Below, in pieces: positions 44,101 to 60,707 of a stretch of DNA of 64,000 bases (its first letter is position 1; the number at the start of each line of letters is the position of its first letter). The notes under the pieces were generated by a model. It was not told where the DNA came from and ran no database searches. It was given only the letters and a program-made list of their open reading frames with translations. Source of the stretch: Zygnema circumcarinatum SAG 698-1b (taxonomy: Eukaryota; Plantae; Zygnematophyceae); NCBI GenBank assembly GCA_037447605.1, contig CM074808.1:1240001-1304000 (forward strand), written 5' to 3'. The position numbers and the translations under genes are program-made.

Positions 44101-45534
44101 GCAAGAGGCAAACGCAAAGCATCACGAACACAAACACGCAAAGCCCGTGGGATACGAGCGTAAAGACGAGGACGACGGGACCCAACAAAAACGACCCAAG
44201 GACATCTAAAGACCGAGCATACGCCCAAGCAGCCGGACTAGGCCCAACATGCAAAGTAGACCCAGGGGTGGCAGTGACGGGTAGAGAAGAAGAGGGAGTA
44301 GAAGAAGGGTCGACAATGGGAGGAGGACGAAGAGGACACGCGCGCATATGCCGGGACAAACCCGCACCCTGACCAAAACAATTTCCACAATGATCACAAG
44401 GAACCCGGGGGAGAGGCCTGGGGCGAGCAGCGGGAGGGGAAGAAGGAAGAGGGGAAGAACGGACAGGAGGGGGAAGAGCAACAGCAGATGACAAGGCAAG
44501 GGGGTGGGAAGGGGAAGGGGAACGAGAGGAGCGACGAAGAGGCATGACGAAGGAGAAGGGAATGGATGAGGGAAGGGAAGCGGGTGGGCGGGGAGGAGAA
44601 AGGGGAGGGAAGGGTAGGGAAGAGAAGGGAAGGGACGGGAAGGGGAGGGAGAGGAAAGGAAAGGAATGGCGAGAGGAATAAGGGTACGGAAAAGAAGGGA
44701 AAGGGGAAAGGATAAGGGAAGGGGATGGAAGGGAAGGGGTAGAGGAAGGGGAGGGAAAGAAAGGGAGGGGAGGCGGGGGGGGGGAGGAAAGGGAAGGGAA
44801 GAGGAGGGAAGAGAAGGGACAGGAAAGAGAAGAGAGAAGGGAGAAGAAAGGGGGGAATACGGGAAAGGAAGGGGATGGGAAAGGAAGGGAGGAGGGAAAG
44901 GAAAGGAGAGGAGGAGAAACGGGGAGGAAAGAGGGAAGGGAAGGGAAGGGAGAAGGGAAGGGGAGGGGAAATGAGAAGGGGGGGGGGAGAAGGAAAAGGA
45001 AGGGGCAGGACAAAGGAAGGGATTGGAAGGGAAGGGATAGGGAAACAGAGGTGGAGGAATAAGGAAAGGAAGGGAAGGGAAGGGACCAGGGAGGCGACGG
45101 GAAGGGAGAAGGGAAAGGAAGGAGAAAAACAGCAGAAAAGGGTGGAAAGGGCATAAAAGGCGAGAGCAGCTCAAAAAGAAGAAGCACAAGGACGAAGAGA
45201 CGCAAAGGGGGAGACAAAAGGGAAAACGCAACACAGCAAGACAAGCTACGGCAGAAAATGTCAGAAAACAAGGCGAGAAACGTTAGAACAGAAAAAACCG
45301 CAGCAAAACAGCAGCAAAACAACCAAAAACAAAAACAAAAAACGAAAAGAAGCACAAACAACAAAAACAGAGCAATGCAGCAAGACACGCGACAGGAAAA
45401 CGCAAAGACAACGATAAGAGGTTGCCACGCGGGTCAGCGGCAGAGGTAGCGCGCAGCGAACGGTCGGAAGCTCGTCATGGGCGGGCAAACGCGTGTATTA
45501 ATACACTGTATAATACATGCGTATTATGAGTATC
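41151..45534 (-). mobile_element. Decayed early-branching (CRE-like) non-LTR retrotransposon: zinc finger + reverse transcriptase + restriction-like endonuclease
   Basis: N-terminal C-x2-C-x12-H-x3-C finger (CDHC...HMRAC, ~44400-44340). RT 42435-44228 with KPAGGVRPIAVGE, QFGV, DVTNAFN, GTRQGDPLG, VADD. Frameshifted QASLPISAGGLGL, CVC knuckle remnant, and RLE tail GDIVL...AARDAALRKERAY...FVPMYIEIFG...FYRQRISVALQR with frameshifts and a stop. Candidate 9-bp TSD TCCAAGAGT (41142-41150, 45535-45543), so boundaries are provisional. Confidence 0.88.
44420..45230. repeat. ~800-bp polypurine (GGGAA/GAGG-rich) low-complexity tract, mostly in the retroelement 5' region
   Basis: Direct reading. It produces spurious Pro/Ser/Phe-rich ORFs. 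Confidence 0.9.
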
Positions 45535-45661
45535 TCCAAGAGTATCTCCCATAAACAGTTGCTCCATCAATCTGAGATTCAACGGCGTTGAGGCCATTGC
45601 GCCAAAACATGTCCTCTCCTTCCCCTGCCTTCCCTTTCCAAACTTTTAGGGTTTCTAGGGT

Positions 45662-48600
45662 TTATTCAGGGGAAAACACCCCTATTTGATCACGCGTTTG
45701 CACGCCGTCCCGTCCCGCCGCGCGGAGCATTTCCTCCACGGACGCGAACTTTTCCCGCGGCTTGCCCCTCACAGCGCCGCGGCGGACCTCCGCCTCGTCG
45801 ATGCGCCGCCAATCCTGAAACGATACCGCGGAGAGCCTCCTCTCCTGCAGCAGCTCCGCCAATCCCGTCCCGCCGCCGCTCGATTCCGGCAACAACTGCT
45901 TCTCCAGGTCTTGGGAGATTGCATCGACCTGCATGGGCACAGATGAGGGCAGCGTTGAGCCATACATAGCCGTTGGTGGCGGCTTTTGAGAGCCTTGCCC
46001 TAATGCCGACTCGTTTTCAAGAATACCTCGAACAGAAAGTCTGCCATTTTGAACTGCAAGCAGCGAGCGCTACTCACGGTTTCATTGGCATCAACGAGAT
46101 TTGTGCCGATGATCCCGGTGGGCCCGCGCTTCAGCCAGCCGACAACATAGAGGCCCTTTTCAACTTCACCTTTCTCATTCGCCGCCAAAACTCGTCCCTC
46201 CCGGTTTGGAACGATTCCTGGCGAGAGGCCAGACACATACAGCCCGTCAGATAGTCACATTTAGAGACAGAATCGGGAAGTTTGGGGCCTTACTTGATTG
46301 TTAGAGTAGGGTACATATGTGTTTCACATGAAGCACATACCAAGCGACTGACAGAATACCAAGACGATGAGCGCTGCTGCTACATTGTCCTTCCCATCAT
46401 TTTGAATTCACTCTATCTTCAATACACGGCCAGGTCTTAACTCCACGTAGTACAAAAGAAGTCCAAAAACGCTTGAGAAGAGCTTTTTGATTAGCAGGTC
46501 ATTCTGTTTCAGCACTCCATGAACTGCCCAAAGTACAGCGCAGTCATGCACAAACATTCGTGCTATGCTCACCCCTCCGGCTGTCAAAGGGCAGACCCTC
46601 TACGGGGATTGACTTGTAGCCAACGCTCCGAAGCAGCAGACTGCAGCCCGCGCAGTCCACACATAACAAAACACACACTCGTGAGTAGCTTTTTCACTTC
46701 TTCCAACTAGCCAGGGATTCGTGAATTAGCTATCGAAACGGTAACAGCATTAGCATTAAGATTCCAAGGACTAAGACAAACCAACAAGCATACTCGCTAC
46801 CAACACACTAGGTAGAGACATACGGGTATTCCCAGAAGTTACACCGCCGTTAACGCAGCAAAGCTGGAAATAACATCACCGTCCCAATGCCACAATGAGT
46901 TCTTGCCGACAATGTAAGGAGAGGCTCACCCGCAGGGCAAGTCCTCATATTGGCCCGTACCAACAGCTCGCTGCGGACCGTCAGGATGGGCTGCACCCTC
47001 CCTTTCACAATGAAAGAATCTTTAGTCGACCTATCCCTTCAACATCAGCACAATAATAGCTCAATTGACTCTGCTTAAAAAGCTCGTACTTAAGCTGAAG
47101 GACTATGTCAGCCAGGCCCCATACATTTCAGTAGCAACCGGATGCATGAAAACAACTCCTTCCAGTCTCCTGAGATTTTGTCACATTGAAAGTTCCCGCT
47201 AAGTGAGTTCTAAGAAGTTGGGCGCACCTTCCAAACGAGTCCTTTCAAGACGGACCGCCCTCACTCGCTTTTGCCCTGCACTCGCATCCCCTTCAACAAG
47301 GACCTCCACCGGGGAGTGGAAAAAGACAAAGTCTAGCTCTTTTCCGGCCCTTGTTGGGGTGGCTGGTGAAAGTTTTGCAGCCTTTGCAAGGAGATCGTAT
47401 ACTCGCTTGTGACTTCTGCTCTTCTTCATCTCCTCCTGCAAGCCTCAAAAGGGCAGCTAAACATTAACACAATGCAATCGATGTCCGGCAAGGTGCAGGT
47501 AGGCTTTTTTTAAACTCAACAGCATTACCTTTTGCTTCATCTTGTTAATCCATAAGAAGAAGGGTGAAGGGTGTCCTGAGATTACCTCATCTGCCGGTGT
47601 GGTTTTCAAGTCCTCCTCACGCACGCGTACATAAAGATCCTTTATGCCTGAGATTCATCATCAGCAAGGTGTCTGAATCTGATGGTCAATCGATGTATTT
47701 TTCTTTCCAGTCACCTAGTTCCAATCCGGAAATGAAGCAGGATGTGGCAAAAGGAGATACAGACCTATACATCCCACAGCAGATTAACTCACTCTACTTC
47801 AATGTCCTACGATCACAACAAGCCCTTGTGTTAGAGCTCAACAGACTCTGCCTACGCAATCACAGCAAACATTGTGTTTCAATCGATTCCACGAGAAGCG
47901 CATCACGAAGAAAGTCTCCATCCTTTCCTTTCGCTAACTGAAATCGGTAGCAGCTGTATCTCTAAGCAGGGGCCATACCCAACATCTCTCGCAGTTCTTT
48001 GGCGGTGCAGGCAGCTTGAGCGGGACCTCGCCTTCCCACAATGCATATTTTCCTGCCCGCTCACCTCATACACAGGCCAACTAGTTACTGACCGGAGCCA
48101 CTCAAGTCCCAAAACCAACTGCAGCTCGAGACAACATTGCGATCATTCATAAGTGTCTGCGCTTTAAAACCTCATAGACTGCGTAAGCCACTCTGCGCCA
48201 TATACCGCGGAACGCAATACACGTTCCGGGTAGACTTCTCTAGACGAATGCTTGTTTTTTGCTTTGCGAAGGAGAGGCAGCAGCAGGCGAGCCATGCAGG
48301 GCGGGGCCGGACCTGCACGTTCGGGCCGGACCTGATGCTGCTTCGGCGGAGCGCCATGAGCGCGTGGTCGGCGATGTCGGTCGCTGAAAGTTCGTCCGCG
48401 CTGCGCAGGAACACGCGCGCTATGTCTAGAGCCACATTGCCCTGCATCTCCCCACAACAGAAACCACATGGTTACTAACACAGTTGTATAGCTGCAAGGG
48501 GCGTCCTAGGGCGAGAGTTGACATAACAACATCATGTCAAACCTCACAAAAGCACGAAACAAAGGACCAGAGGTTGTTATGTTGCAGCTCAGAGTTCAAA

Positions 48601-51555
48601 AGGGGCAGAGGGTGGTAGAGTATAGCCTTGCCAAGGATAGGGTAATTGATTCATGTTAGATTCTGGTAATTGATTCATCTAGGCATGCACGCAGCTACTC
48701 ACAGCTAACGCACTTCAAAGACTGCAACAAAAATTCTGTCGTGTTCAATTTGAGTATTTAAGTTTATGCTATGTGGTGAGCTGACCTGACCAAGTATTAC
48801 TGCTGTATCGGTCGACGTTAGGTCGAGAGGCAGGCGAGCATAGTCAGGATGTGCATTGTACCACCACACCACCTCGCGGGCAGCAAACACTCCAGCACTC
48901 TCCTGACATCCCCCAACGAGATCAAAATTTCAATTAAGACACCAGTTGAAAAGGCGAGGAATCGGGAAACAAGCAGTAGAGTCCTATACAGCGGTGATTG
49001 ACACGAGCTAATGAATTTCACAGCTGGAGAAGGAGTGGCTATAGAGAGAAACCAAATCTCGGAAACATGATTGTGGTGACAGACAAGGAACCGAACAGGC
49101 CAACATCTGTCTCCCTGTTGACAATGCAAGGTAGGAAAACCGGGTGATCTGACAGTATACTTCTGGATGCCAATTCACCCCTCGTCTGGATAAATGCAAC
49201 AAATATTTTAGATCGTGCGAGCTGTGTTTGCGTTGGTATTCACCAAGATTAAATATAGATAAGATTGCATTTAATTAGATTGCATTTAGACCCATCTGCT
49301 CCGAGGGGAGCAGACAGACATCTTGCAAACTTGAGTTAGCAAAGTGCGGTCATACTTCCCAGCTGTAATTTTGCAGCATCAGCCTCAAGTACACGGACCA
49401 GATGCTTACACGTCATGTGGGTTTCTCGTAGTCCAAGGGAGTCAGCAGACATGGATGCAACCACAAGCACAACTGCAGCAATAGCATACCTCTCCAGGAA
49501 TTCCCAGTTTGCGATCACTCTCCGCACCGTAGGCAAGTATCACCTAAACGACATTCGAAAAGTCACTGGAAATTACAAAGCCAGCTGAGAAAATTATAAG
49601 CCTTACGTATACGACAGCCTCAATCCGGCATTTGACTTTCCGTATGTGAGTCCCAGTGCACGGCTTGCAGCACAGCGCAAAGGAGGCTGGGCGCAGCAGA
49701 CTCACTGCATTGTACCTCGCCCTCAATTCTGCCAGAGAAACATCTCGTCCAAGCTGTACATTGCCAATAAAATTGCACGTTTCCTTTGAGAGCAAGCGCG
49801 TGAATTGATTGATCACATTCTGTGGAAAGAAAATAGAAAGAAGATATAGTTAAATATCATCTTGTAGGCTGACCTCGCAAACGGTTGATTAGAAGTTGTG
49901 ACTAGGGAAGAACTAAAGATTTATAACTGATTCTAGCCATCATAACAACTGTATTTAGGTCCCACTTGACCAAAAACAAATTCAACTACCTTGGGGAGTT
50001 AACGGAAAAATATGCACTACGTATGCAAATCTTTCACGACATCTCAGAAATCAGTCCCCTATTCCACTATGTAGGAGTTGATATCTTAAGGGCACTGTGT
50101 ATCAACGACAAGGTTAAAAAAAACGAAAACACGGATGCACGAAAACGATGACGACTAAAACACTAAAACTAAAACATGACAAAACAGCCGTTAGTAAAAA
50201 CTGGTTAAGTTTTGGATAATCGTTTGACTCTCAATAACACATGTCCGCCACTTTCCATGTGCTAGACTCATCTTACTACCATTTCACTTTATTAGTTTTA
50301 CTGGTCACATCTTAGTTAGTAACTGGGCCTGCTTAGGAATCGCTATGTTAGGAACTATCCCCGGTTCGGATTTTCAATTCGTTTAGGAGTGTTCTAGTTT
50401 AGGAAGTTTCCTAGGTGACTCACTATTCGCGGCTAAAGTGCACAGAGGTTATGGGCGCCAGTAAGGTCAAGAGACGTGATTCTTAAGACACTCGGGGGTG
50501 TCAATCTTGATAAAATCGCTACGGGAATTTTTTCTCCTGAAAATGAGACCGAAAACCGTACTGATTCGTGAGCGGATCCTTAATCCGCCTAAATCGTTGC
50601 CCTAATGTTCACTTAACGGATATCTTTGCTTCCCGTTCCTTTGCTCCTTCTACTGTGGAATGGTCAATTCTCTAATTTTCGTACCTTCCCATCAGAGTAA
50701 GCACGTGCGTAATCCCTCACCCAGAAGTCTATTCACACTCACCTTCAAACTGAAATTGGACAAAAGCAAAGCTTACGAGTCATGGCCCATTTTTTGTTGG
50801 CGTGTTTGGTGTTGTATGTGTTCGTGTGTATGCTTTTTTTTCTCTCTTTATTGCGTTAAACTAATGTCCACAAAACATCATATCTTTTCCTCTGCTGCCA
50901 TATTATTCTTGAGCCTTGGAGCGTGCTTGCTGTGAAGTAAAGTTGTCCTTGAAGAAGAAGAAGAGGAACTGGCTTACCTTCGTTTCTGGGTGATCTGGAG
51001 CAACGCCCGACCGCACAAGGCCAAATGGCGACGGCAGTCGTTCAACAATGTCAACTCGGGCGTCAGAATATCGTTTCAAGAGCTTCCAATGCAAACAGAA
51101 TGAAATTATTAGTGAAAGGCACCGAGCACCCATCTGAGGCATGCGAGTTGCAGGGAATCCAAATGCAGCAGCGCCCACGATTTTCTTTCCACCTTGTTTA
51201 CTTTCGAAAACAAAGCGGTTACAACTGTACGCTACGAAACACCAGAGTGGCGGAGCAGCATGACGCGATAAAAAACAATGAAAAACAGCCCGCACGAATA
51301 CTCAATCCTAGCCATTTTCCTTACTTGCTCTGCACTGTAAAGTCCGGCAGGCCCACTCCCCACGACACAAAAATGCAGCGACCTCTGCGTACCGGCCAGC
51401 TTCGTCCAGCCTTTCCCCTTTAAAACACCGCCATTTGAATAACATGGGTTACCCTCCAGAGCCACGCTCCCACAAGCAGAGTCAGCGGGCAGGCGGCGCG
51501 TCAGCGCGCAGCCCCAGCGCGCGAGGCGGCCCGCCGGCACCCGCCCCATGGCCAT
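45662..51555 (-). CDS. NADPH:adrenodoxin oxidoreductase (mitochondrial ferredoxin reductase), ~13 exons
   Basis: [131 protein letters not shown]. Confidence 0.93.
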
Positions 51556-54500
51556 GGCCGCGGGCCACCCTCCCGCCCTTGAGGGGCCTTCGCCTCCCTC
51601 GCCCGCTCCGCCTCTTCCCCCCCCCCGCCCCCAAACAGGCCGTACGGTACGGCACGGTACGGCGACATCCAAAAGTGTTCGTACGGTACGGTAATGTCCA
51701 AAGTAAATCGTATGGTATGAAAAAATAGGGGTAGTGATATTTCCACCCCTTTTTTGGATCCAAACACCCCTTCCCGGCCGGGCAGATTTCAAAAGGGATT
51801 AAAAACGGAAAATGCTTTTTTCACACCTTTTTGGAATCGATACCCACCTTCTTCCGTCGGCTGATTTTATTTTTGCTAACCAAGGAAAATGATACCCCGT
51901 CACCGCATTTTGAATACTGTATCCCGCCTCCCTGAATTTTTTTTTTTGAGGGAAAGAAATATCTGCCTGCCCGAATCCGCTCGGAGCGGAAGATCCGTCC
52001 GCCACGAGATCGTTCGCGGGTGTCCGTCCTGCACACGTGTGTGTCAATCGCAGCTGTCGATTCCCTCGCAGATCACACCACTGCAGATCACCGTTCGATC
52101 TGCAGCCGGGCTCGATCTTAGCGAATGGAAAGCGCCCACGAGTCCCGTCAAAGCCAAATCGCACGTGCGAGTGCGCGCGTCCTTCGGCCCGAGATCTCGT
52201 CATTGTAACCTCCCAGCCAATAAACATCTGCCACGTGTTACATTTTTGACGTGGAAAATTTTGATTGGTCTAAGATCTCAATGTACGAAATTTTGGGTTC
52301 CTCAAGTTGCGACCGTACGACATTTGTACGGACAAACTTTTTAGAGGACTTTGGCGGGATACGTGGGCACATGCCATGCGCTGTGACCGAGCCCGGCTGC
52401 AGAGCAAATAGTGATCTGCCGTGTTGCGATCTGCGAGGGAATCGACGGCTGCGATTGACCGCACGCGTGAAAAAAAAATTAGGTAGGCGGGATATTCAAA
52501 TGGGGTGACGGGTTATCATTTTCCTTGTTGCGCAGAAATAAAATCTGCCGATGGAGGGTGGTATCGATTCCAAAAAGGTGTGAAAAAAGCATTTTCCGNN
52601 NNNNNNNNCCCGTTCCTTTGCTCCTTCTACTGTGGAATGGTCAATTCTCTAATTTTCGTACCTTCCCATCAGAGTAAGCACGTGCGTAATCCCTCACCCA
52701 GAAGTCTATTCACACTCACCTTCAAACTGAAATTGGACAAAAGCAAAGCTTACGAGTCATGGCCCATTTTTTGTTGGCGTGTTTGGTGTTGTATGTGTTC
52801 GTGTGTATGCTTTTTTTTCTCTCTTTATTGCGTTAAACTAATGTCCACAAAACATCATATCTTTTCCTCTGCTGCCATATTATTCTTGAGCCTTGGAGCG
52901 TGCTTGCTGTGAAGTAAAGTTGTCCTTGAAGAAGAAGAAGAGGAACTGGCTTACCTTCGTTTCTGGGTGATCTGGAGCAACGCCCGACCGCACAAGGCCA
53001 AATGGCGACGGCAGTCGTTCAACAATGTCAACTCGGGCGTCAGAATATCGTTTCAAGAGCTTCCAATGCAAACAGAATGAAATTATTAGTGAAAGGCACC
53101 GAGCACCCATCTGAGGCATGCGAGTTGCAGGGAATCCAAATGCAGCAGCGCCCACGATTTTCTTTCCACCTTGTTTACTTTCGAAAACAAAGCGGTTACA
53201 ACTGTACGCTACGAAACACCAGAGTGGCGGAGCAGCATGACGCGATAAAAAACAATGAAAAACAGCCCGCACGAATACTCAATCCTAGCCATTTTCCTTA
53301 CTTGCTCTGCACTGTAAAGTCCGGCAGGCCCACTCCCCACGACACAAAAATGCAGCGACCTCTGCGTACCGGCCAGCTTCGTCCAGCCTTTCCCCTTTAA
53401 AACACCGCCATTTGAATAACATGGGTTACCCTCCAGAGCCACGCTCCCACAAGCAGAGTCAGCGGGCAGGCGGCGCGTCAGCGCGCAGCCCCAGCGCGCG
53501 AGGCGGCCCGCCGGCACCCGCCCCATGGCCATGGCCGCGGGCCACCCTCCCGCCCTTGAGGGGCCTTCGCCTCCCTCGCCCGCTCCGCCTCTTCCCCCCC
53601 CCCGCCCCCAAACAGGCCGTACGGTACGGCACGGTACGGCGACATCCAAAAGTGTTCGTACGGTACGGTAATGTCCAAAGTAAATCGTATGGTATGAAAA
53701 AATAGGGGTAGTGATATTTCCACCCCTTTTTTGGATCCAAACACCCCTTCCCGGCCGGGCAGATTTCAAAAGGGATTAAAAACGGAAAATGCTTTTTTCA
53801 CACCTTTTTGGAATCGATACCCACCTTCTTCCGTCGGCTGATTTTATTTTTGCTAACCAAGGAAAATGATACCCCGTCACCGCATTTTGAATACTGTATC
53901 CCGCCTCCCTGAATTTTTTTTTGAGGGAAAGAAATATCTGCCTGCCCGAATCCGCTCGGAGCGGAAGATCCGTCCGCCACGAGATCGTTCGCGGGTGTCC
54001 GTCCTGCACACGTGTGTGTCAATCGCAGCTGTCGATTCCCTCGCAGATCACACCACTGCAGATCACCGTTCGATCTGCAGCCGGGCTCGATCTTAGCGAA
54101 TGGAAAGCGCCCACGAGTCCCGTCAAAGCCAAATCGCACGTGCGAGTGCGCGCGTCCTTCGGCCCGAGATCTCGTCATTGTAACCTCCCAGCCAATAAAC
54201 ATCTGCCACGTGTTACATTTTTGACGTGGAAAATTTTGATTGGTCTAAGATCTCAATGTACGAAATTTTGGGTTCCTCAAGTTGCGACCGTACGACATTT
54301 GTACGGACAAACTTTTTAGAGGACTTTGGCGGGATACGTGGGCACATGCCATGCGCTGTGACCGAGCCCGGCTGCAGAGCAAATAGTGATCTGCCGTGTT
54401 GCGATCTGCGAGGGAATCGACGGCTGCGATTGACCGCACGCGTGAAAAAAAAATTAGGTAGGCGGGATATTCAAATGGGGTGACGGGTTATCATTTTCCT

Positions 54501-54573
54501 TGTTGCGCAGAAATAAAATCTGCCGATGGAGGGTGGTATCGATTCCAAAAAGGTGTGAAAAAAGCATTTTCCG
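50632..54573. repeat. Near-identical ~1.97-kb tandem duplication (50632-52598 / 52609-54573) across a 10-N gap
   Basis: ORF tracks repeat at offset 1977, then 1975. The only difference noticed is a poly-T length (11 vs 9). Duplicates reductase exons 1-2 and most of a long-TIR element. Confidence 0.92.
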
Positions 54574-54650
54574 TTTTTAATCCTTTTTGAAATCTGCCCG
54601 GCCGGGAAGGGGTGTTTGGATCCAAAAAAGGGGTGGAAATATCACTTCCC
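53706..54650. mobile_element. Long-TIR (~200-bp) non-autonomous element, 8-bp TSD AAAAATAG; truncated duplicate at 51729-52598
   Basis: GGGTAGTGATATTTCCACCCC... / ...GGGGTGGAAATATCACTTCCC. AAAAATAG at 53698-53705 and 54651-54658. Confidence 0.88.
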
Positions 54651-54751
54651 AAAAATAGCCGTTGGATTCGTGGAACCGTGTGCGATATAGACCGTTGGAT
54701 GCATACGTGCTAGATGTAGATAAAATAACCGTTAGATATGACAATGACAAT

Positions 54752-54910
54752 AGGGGGTGTCAGACTTAACAAAATCTTACGAAAAGCGTTACGAAAAAAA
54801 AGGTTACGAAAGTACTCCGCCGCAGGAGGATCGCGATTATACTGGAGTACTCGTTCTGACGTCAAACTTACGAACACGCGTACTGAAATTTTTTAAGTCT
54901 GACACCCCCT
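54752..54910. mobile_element. MITE, TIR AGGGGGTGTCAGACTTAA, 3-bp TSD AAT
   Basis: AAT at 54749-54751 and 54911-54913. Confidence 0.85.
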
Positions 54911-55061
54911 AATGTGTGAGAATCGGACCGTTGGATTGCTAGCTTTGGATTCAAGAGGAACCACGATGAGCCACGCGCGTTGGAACCACGAGCCAGCAGG
55001 CCAGCCAGCCAGCCAGCCGGTCTCAATTCTCAAAGGACCCAGACGACGAAGAAGTGGTGGT

Positions 55062-55212
55062 ATTGACCTCACGATGGCGAAGATGCCATCAAATGTACAT
55101 GGACAACATCATCATCATGGGGAACCACGAGAAATCGGTCACGAAGGACCTAAGAAGTAAGAACAAAAGAAAAAAGCTAGGAGCAGAAATCTACTCCTAG
55201 GCGCAGCAACAC
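55062..55212 (-). mobile_element. Short 3'-end fragment of the CRE-like retroelement family
   Basis: Co-linear similarity to 41176-41310 (CTC.CGATGGCGA..GCCATCAAAT.TACATGGA; GGAACCACGA; AAGCTAGGAGC.GAAA.CTAC.CCTAGGC.CA.CAAC). Confidence 0.65.
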
Positions 55213-55497
55213 GGCACTTTCGGCAGACCATGAACGAACCAAAAGCTATGAGCTGAAAATGGCCCCAACCAGTGCGTCCGTACAGTACGAAACCGTACCG
55301 GATCTCCTGTACGGTGCGACACCTGGCCGCGCGAACCCTAAAAAGGGAAGGCGGCGCAGCGCCTGGCTTGCTTGCTCCTCTGCTCGCCTTCCCTGCTGCA
55401 ACTCGCGCCTCTCCTTCTCCCTCACCTTCACGCTCTCTCCCTCTCGCGCTCTGCGCTGCCCTACTCTGCTCTGCGACAGTGAGCGTGAGCGTCAGGC

Positions 55498-60707
<5,210 letters not shown>

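Noticed and set aside
54655-54940. Four ACCGTT[G/A]GAT motifs around the MITE
   Set aside because: Could be promoter motifs or TE subterminal debris; too little support to call.
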